DNA of 42,913 bases from the NCBI GenBank assembly GCA_009787135.1, contig WRGP01000254.1, positions 1 through 42,913 of the forward strand, written 5' to 3'. Shown here piece by piece: positions 39,761 to 42,913 of this stretch; within the stretch, counting starts at the first letter, position 1, and every line of letters starts with the position of its first letter. The position numbers and the translations under genes were made by a program. The DNA is from Bacillota bacterium (GTDB lineage Bacteria > Bacillota > Clostridia > Christensenellales > Aristaeellaceae). Below the pieces are notes generated by a model. It did no database searches, was not told the DNA's origin, and was given only the letters and a program-made list of their open reading frames with translations.

Positions 39761-39817
39761 ACACTGGAATAGGGCTTCCCCCGGCGCCGTATTTGGTAAA
39801 GCGAGGAGACAGGATGG

Positions 39818-40546
39818 ATGATCGTTTTTCCGGCGATTGACCTTCGGGCGGGCAAGGTGGTGCGGCTGACGCAGGGCGACTATGGCCGCATGGACGTATA
39901 TGGGGACGATCCGGTGCAAACGGCGGAAAACTTCCGCGAAGCGGGCGCCGCGCATTTGCACGTGGTCGATCTGGACGGCGCCAGGGACGGCGCGCCGCGC
40001 AATCATGACACCCTGGCCGCGCTGGCGGCGGCGGAAGGCCTCTTTACGCAGGCGGGCGGCGGCATCCGCACGCCGGAGCGGGTGGATGCGTATCTCAGCC
40101 TTGGCATAGACCGGGTGATCCTGGGCACGGCCGCGCTGAGAGACCCCGCCTTTCTTCGTGCCATGGTGGCGGCGCACGGCGAAAAAATCGCCGTAGGCGT
40201 GGACGCTAAGGACGGCAAGGTCGCCGTGGAGGGCTGGCGGAACGTGAGCGACACGGACGCGATGGCGTTCTGCCGCCATCTGCGCGACTTGGGCGTGCAA
40301 ACCGTCATTTACACCGACATTGCCAAAGACGGCAGGCTTTCGGGCACAAACCTGCCCGCGTACGAGGCGCTCGGCAAGCTCTCGGGCCTTTCCATCGTGG
40401 CGTCCGGCGGCGTCAGTTCGGAGGCGGAAATCAAAACGCTGCGCGATATGGGGCTCTATGGCGTGATCGTCGGCAAGGCGCTGTATGAAAAGCGGCTCGC
40501 CTTAGACCGCGTGCTGTCAATCGCGAAGGGGGTTTTATCGTCATGA
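39818..40546 (+). CDS. hisA: ProFAR isomerase (1-(5-phosphoribosyl)-5-[(5-phosphoribosylamino)methylideneamino]imidazole-4-carboxamide isomerase)
   Basis: MIVFPAIDLRAGKVVRL...HVVDLDGA...GGGIR...IYTDIAKDG...SGG, a typical HisA (beta/alpha)8 pattern. Confidence 0.94.
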   Translation: MIVFPAIDLRAGKVVRLTQGDYGRMDVYGDDPVQTAENFREAGAAHLHVVDLDGARDGAPRNHDTLAALAAAEGLFTQAGGGIRTPERVDAYLSLGIDRVILGTAALRDPAFLRAMVAAHGEKIAVGVDAKDGKVAVEGWRNVSDTDAMAFCRHLRDLGVQTVIYTDIAKDGRLSGTNLPAYEALGKLSGLSIVASGGVSSEAEIKTLRDMGLYGVIVGKALYEKRLALDRVLSIAKGVLSS

Positions 40547-41328
40547 TTACCAAGCGCATCATTCCCTGTCTGGATATCCGCGGCGGGCGGGTGGTCAAGG
40601 GCAGGAACTTTGAGGGCGTCCGCGACGTGGACAGCCCCGTGGCGCTCGCGCAGTATTACAACACGCAGGGCGCGGACGAATTGGTCTTCTATGATATTAC
40701 CGCCAGCGCCGAGGGGCGCGGCCTGTTTACGGATGTGCTGACCGGCGTGGCCCGCGAGGTGTTCATTCCGCTGACCGTGGGGGGCAACATCAACTCGGTC
40801 GATGATTTTGAGCGCGTGCTGGGGTGCGGCGCGGACAAGGTGAGCGTCAACACCGGCGCGGTCCGCACCCCTTCGCTCATCGAGGCCGCGGCGCGCAAGT
40901 ACGGCAACCAGTGCGTGGTGCTGTCCATGGACATCAAGCGCGTGGACGGGCAGTTCCGCGTCTTCGCCAAGGGCGGGCGAGAGGATACGGGCATTGACGC
41001 GCTGGAATGGGCGCGGCGCGGCGCGGAAAGCGGCGCGGGCGAATTGGTGGTGAACAGCATCGATACCGACGGCGTGCGGGACGGGTTCGACCTGGAGATG
41101 CTCGCCGCGATCTGCGAACGCGTGCGCGTGCCGGTCATTGCCAGCGGCGGGGCGGGCCGCATGGAGCACTTCAAGGCGCTGTTCCAAACCCTGCCGGGCG
41201 TGGACGCGGGGCTGGCGGCCTCTATTTTCCATTATAAGGAAGTCGGCATTCCGGCGCTGAAAAAATACCTGCGGGCGCAGGGCATTGAAATGCGGATAGG
41301 AGGCGAGCCATATGGACCTGAAATTTGA
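40543..41328 (+). CDS. hisF: Imidazole glycerol phosphate synthase, cyclase subunit
   Basis: KRIIPCLDIRGGRVVKG..F...DSP...YDITAS...PLTVGGN...ASGGAG, a typical HisF. It overlaps the hisA stop. Confidence 0.95.
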   Translation: MITKRIIPCLDIRGGRVVKGRNFEGVRDVDSPVALAQYYNTQGADELVFYDITASAEGRGLFTDVLTGVAREVFIPLTVGGNINSVDDFERVLGCGADKVSVNTGAVRTPSLIEAAARKYGNQCVVLSMDIKRVDGQFRVFAKGGREDTGIDALEWARRGAESGAGELVVNSIDTDGVRDGFDLEMLAAICERVRVPVIASGGAGRMEHFKALFQTLPGVDAGLAASIFHYKEVGIPALKKYLRAQGIEMRIGGEPYGPEI

Positions 41329-41956
41329 CAAGGACGGCCTGATTCCGGCCGTGGTGCAGGACTTCCGCACGGGCCGGGTGCTGACCGTCGCCTATATGAA
41401 CCAGGAGAGCCTTGCCATCAGCCTGGCGGAGAAACGGACGTGCTTTTACTCCCGCTCCCGCCAGGCGCTCTGGCGCAAGGGGGAAACGAGCGGCAACACG
41501 CAGCGCATCGTGCGCATGACCGCCGACTGCGACGGGGACGCCCTCGTCGTGGAGGTTATCAAGGAGGGCCCCGCGTGCCATACGGGCGAGGAAAGCTGCT
41601 TCTTTACGCTTCTCTACGCGCAGGAGGGCGCGCAACCCTTCTCCATGGACGCGCTCTACCGCCTGATCGAAGGCCGCAAGGCGGAGGCCAAGGAGGGGTC
41701 CTATACCACGTACCTCTTCCAAAAAGGCAAGGAAAAGATCCTCAAAAAGGTGGGCGAGGAGTGCACGGAGGTCATCATCGGCGGGATGAAGGGCAGCAAG
41801 GGCGAAACGGTCTACGAGATAGCCGACCTGGCGTACCACGTGCTGGTGCTCATGGCGGAGATGGGGATCACGGTGGAGGATATCCGCCAAGAGCTGGCCG
41901 CGCGCCATGTGGTGGACCATAAGGTGAAGCAGGAGACGCAAAGCGCGGACAAATAA
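41312..41956 (+). CDS. hisIE: Bifunctional phosphoribosyl-AMP cyclohydrolase / phosphoribosyl-ATP pyrophosphatase
   Basis: The N-terminal HisI block (GLIPAVVQD...VLTVAYMN...YSRSRQALWRKGETSGN...DCDGDALV) is fused to a HisE MazG-like block (SYTTYLF..G..KILKKVGEE..E). Confidence 0.93.
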   Translation: MDLKFDKDGLIPAVVQDFRTGRVLTVAYMNQESLAISLAEKRTCFYSRSRQALWRKGETSGNTQRIVRMTADCDGDALVVEVIKEGPACHTGEESCFFTLLYAQEGAQPFSMDALYRLIEGRKAEAKEGSYTTYLFQKGKEKILKKVGEECTEVIIGGMKGSKGETVYEIADLAYHVLVLMAEMGITVEDIRQELAARHVVDHKVKQETQSADK

Positions 41957-42083
41957 CAGCGGCATGACAAAGCAGATTCGCTTTGACGCGGCGGGCGTTC
42001 TCTGTACGGCCGGGGACGGCGCGAACGAACGGCTGACCCCCTTTTGTTCAGGCGGCCCGCCCCGGCGCCGCGCGGGAGAAGCT

Positions 42084-42794
42084 TCAGCGGCTATCCAAAT
42101 ACCGCCTCGTATACGGGCAGGCCTCTATACATTTGCCGCACAGCGAAATCTCGATGCCAAGCCCGCGCATGGAACGCTCCCTGGCCGTTTTACGGCATGC
42201 CGGGGCGTCAAAAAAGTCGCCGCGATTCATTTCCACACGCCATGGGCGGCCCGAAACCGCTCCGGCGGGGCAGGCGTCCTGGCAAGCCGTGCAGCCGCCG
42301 CATTTTGACGCGTCGACCGGTGCCGCGGTCTCCAGCGGCGCGTCCGTTAAGATGGAAGAAAGCCGCACCATGGAGCCAAATTGTTCGGTCACCAGCAGCG
42401 CGCACTTGCCAATCCAGCCGATGCCCGCGCGGGTGGCGACGGTTTTGTGCGGCAGCGGGGTGCTGTAAGCCGTTTCAAACCGCTCCACATACGCCCGCGT
42501 TTGCGGGACGGCCGCAAACCCTCTTTCCCTCAGAATGCCCGCGCCCCGTTCCGCCAGGGCGTCAAGCGTCTCGTTGAGCAGGTTGTATTGCCCGTGATAT
42601 TCCCTGGTGGGCAGATCGCGGATTCCGCGAATGGCCGCTTTGGGGTACTTCACCGCAATGGCCACGCCGATGGGGAGCGCCTGGCGTATGGCCGGCGGCA
42701 CTGTGGCCAGGCTGCCAAAGCCGACGATATCCGCCCCGTGACGGAACAGTTCGGATTTTAGAAGCTTCGTCATGGGGGAATCTTTCCCATTCAT
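42084..42794 (-). CDS. 4Fe-4S double-cluster protein related to epoxyqueuosine reductase (QueG-like), short form
   Basis: Two ferredoxin-type cluster motifs (CGGCTACQDACP and CGKCIEACP) and a QueG-like central block (HKTVATRAGIGWIGKCALLVT). ORF trimmed to ATG 42794, with GGGGGA 6 nt upstream. At about 236 aa it is shorter than canonical QueG, so the exact function is uncertain. Confidence 0.62.
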   Translation of the reverse strand: MNGKDSPMTKLLKSELFRHGADIVGFGSLATVPPAIRQALPIGVAIAVKYPKAAIRGIRDLPTREYHGQYNLLNETLDALAERGAGILRERGFAAVPQTRAYVERFETAYSTPLPHKTVATRAGIGWIGKCALLVTEQFGSMVRLSSILTDAPLETAAPVDASKCGGCTACQDACPAGAVSGRPWRVEMNRGDFFDAPACRKTARERSMRGLGIEISLCGKCIEACPYTRRYLDSR

Positions 42795-42881
42795 ACAGCA
42801 TCCCCCTTTCCTCCACATGAAGGTATTATAACGTGAGTTCGACGATTAAGAACAGGGAAGAGCGGGGAAGGAGTGAAGGTC

Positions 42882-42913
42882 ATGGAGATGCAAGGAAGGT
42901 TTTTTAGGGAGGA
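42882..42913 (+). CDS. Possible 5' end of a CDS running off the window (MEMQGRFFRE...)
   Basis: ATG at 42882 is preceded by GGAAGGAG with an 8-nt spacing. Only 10 codons are visible. Confidence 0.25.
   Translation, partial: MEMQGRFFRE

Noticed and set aside
41957-42083. Bidirectional terminator between the convergent hisIE and QueG-like genes
   Set aside because: Only short stems are present (CAAAGC-agattc-GCTTTG at 41969-41986 and a 4-5-bp GCTGA/TCAG stem), and none is followed by a T-run. The evidence is too weak to annotate a terminator.

Overview
High-GC (by eye above 60% G+C, not computed) chromosomal segment from an anaerobic, spore-forming Clostridia-type Firmicute. It is almost entirely coding and made of core genes. 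I recognised no rRNA, tRNA, CRISPR array, transposase, integrase or classical defence genes.

Layout, left to right:
- 1-1195: an AT-rich patch. It holds an outward-firing minus-strand promoter and a secreted protein of unknown function.
- 1196-8769 (-): rpoB-rpoC. An unusually long (about 340 nt) structured spacer separates the two genes. It is C-rich in the mRNA and G-tract-rich on the template strand. The operon has its own consensus-like promoter.
- 9102-10058 (-): spoIID.
- 10222-19152 (+): a glutamate-fermentation (methylaspartate pathway) cluster. It encodes a two-subunit Fe-S hydro-lyase (probable mesaconase), glutamate mutase GlmS/GlmL/GlmE and methylaspartate ammonia-lyase. These are followed by a DUF1446(AtuA-like)/DUF4387-like pair and a P-loop protein of unknown role.
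- 19245-22068 (+): nrdD-nrdG, behind a perfect TTGACA-17-TATAAT promoter.
- 22072-22735 (-): two small genes separated by a 290-nt GC-rich gap.
- 22829-26176 (-): an FHA-protein/RodA-FtsW/class B PBP module.
- 26283-33431 (+): mnmG, tadA, a zinc-ribbon protein, tlyA, a large polytopic membrane protein and an HI0933-type flavoprotein.
- 33487-34152 (-): an HD-domain protein.
- 34321-41956 (+): a complete hisZGDCBHAF(IE) operon.
- 42084-42794 (-): a QueG-like 4Fe-4S protein.

Leads most worth follow-up:
- The uncharacterised DUF1446/DUF4387 (+P-loop) genes attached to a methylaspartate cluster that has no citramalate lyase in view.
- The rpoB-rpoC spacer.
- A 31-bp mirrored promoter/start-codon module that predicts leaderless mRNAs for the divergent FHA and mnmG genes.
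- A hairpin plus 24-bp tandem duplication inserted between hisH and hisA.

All functional calls rest on my recognition of motifs in the supplied translations. No database search was run.
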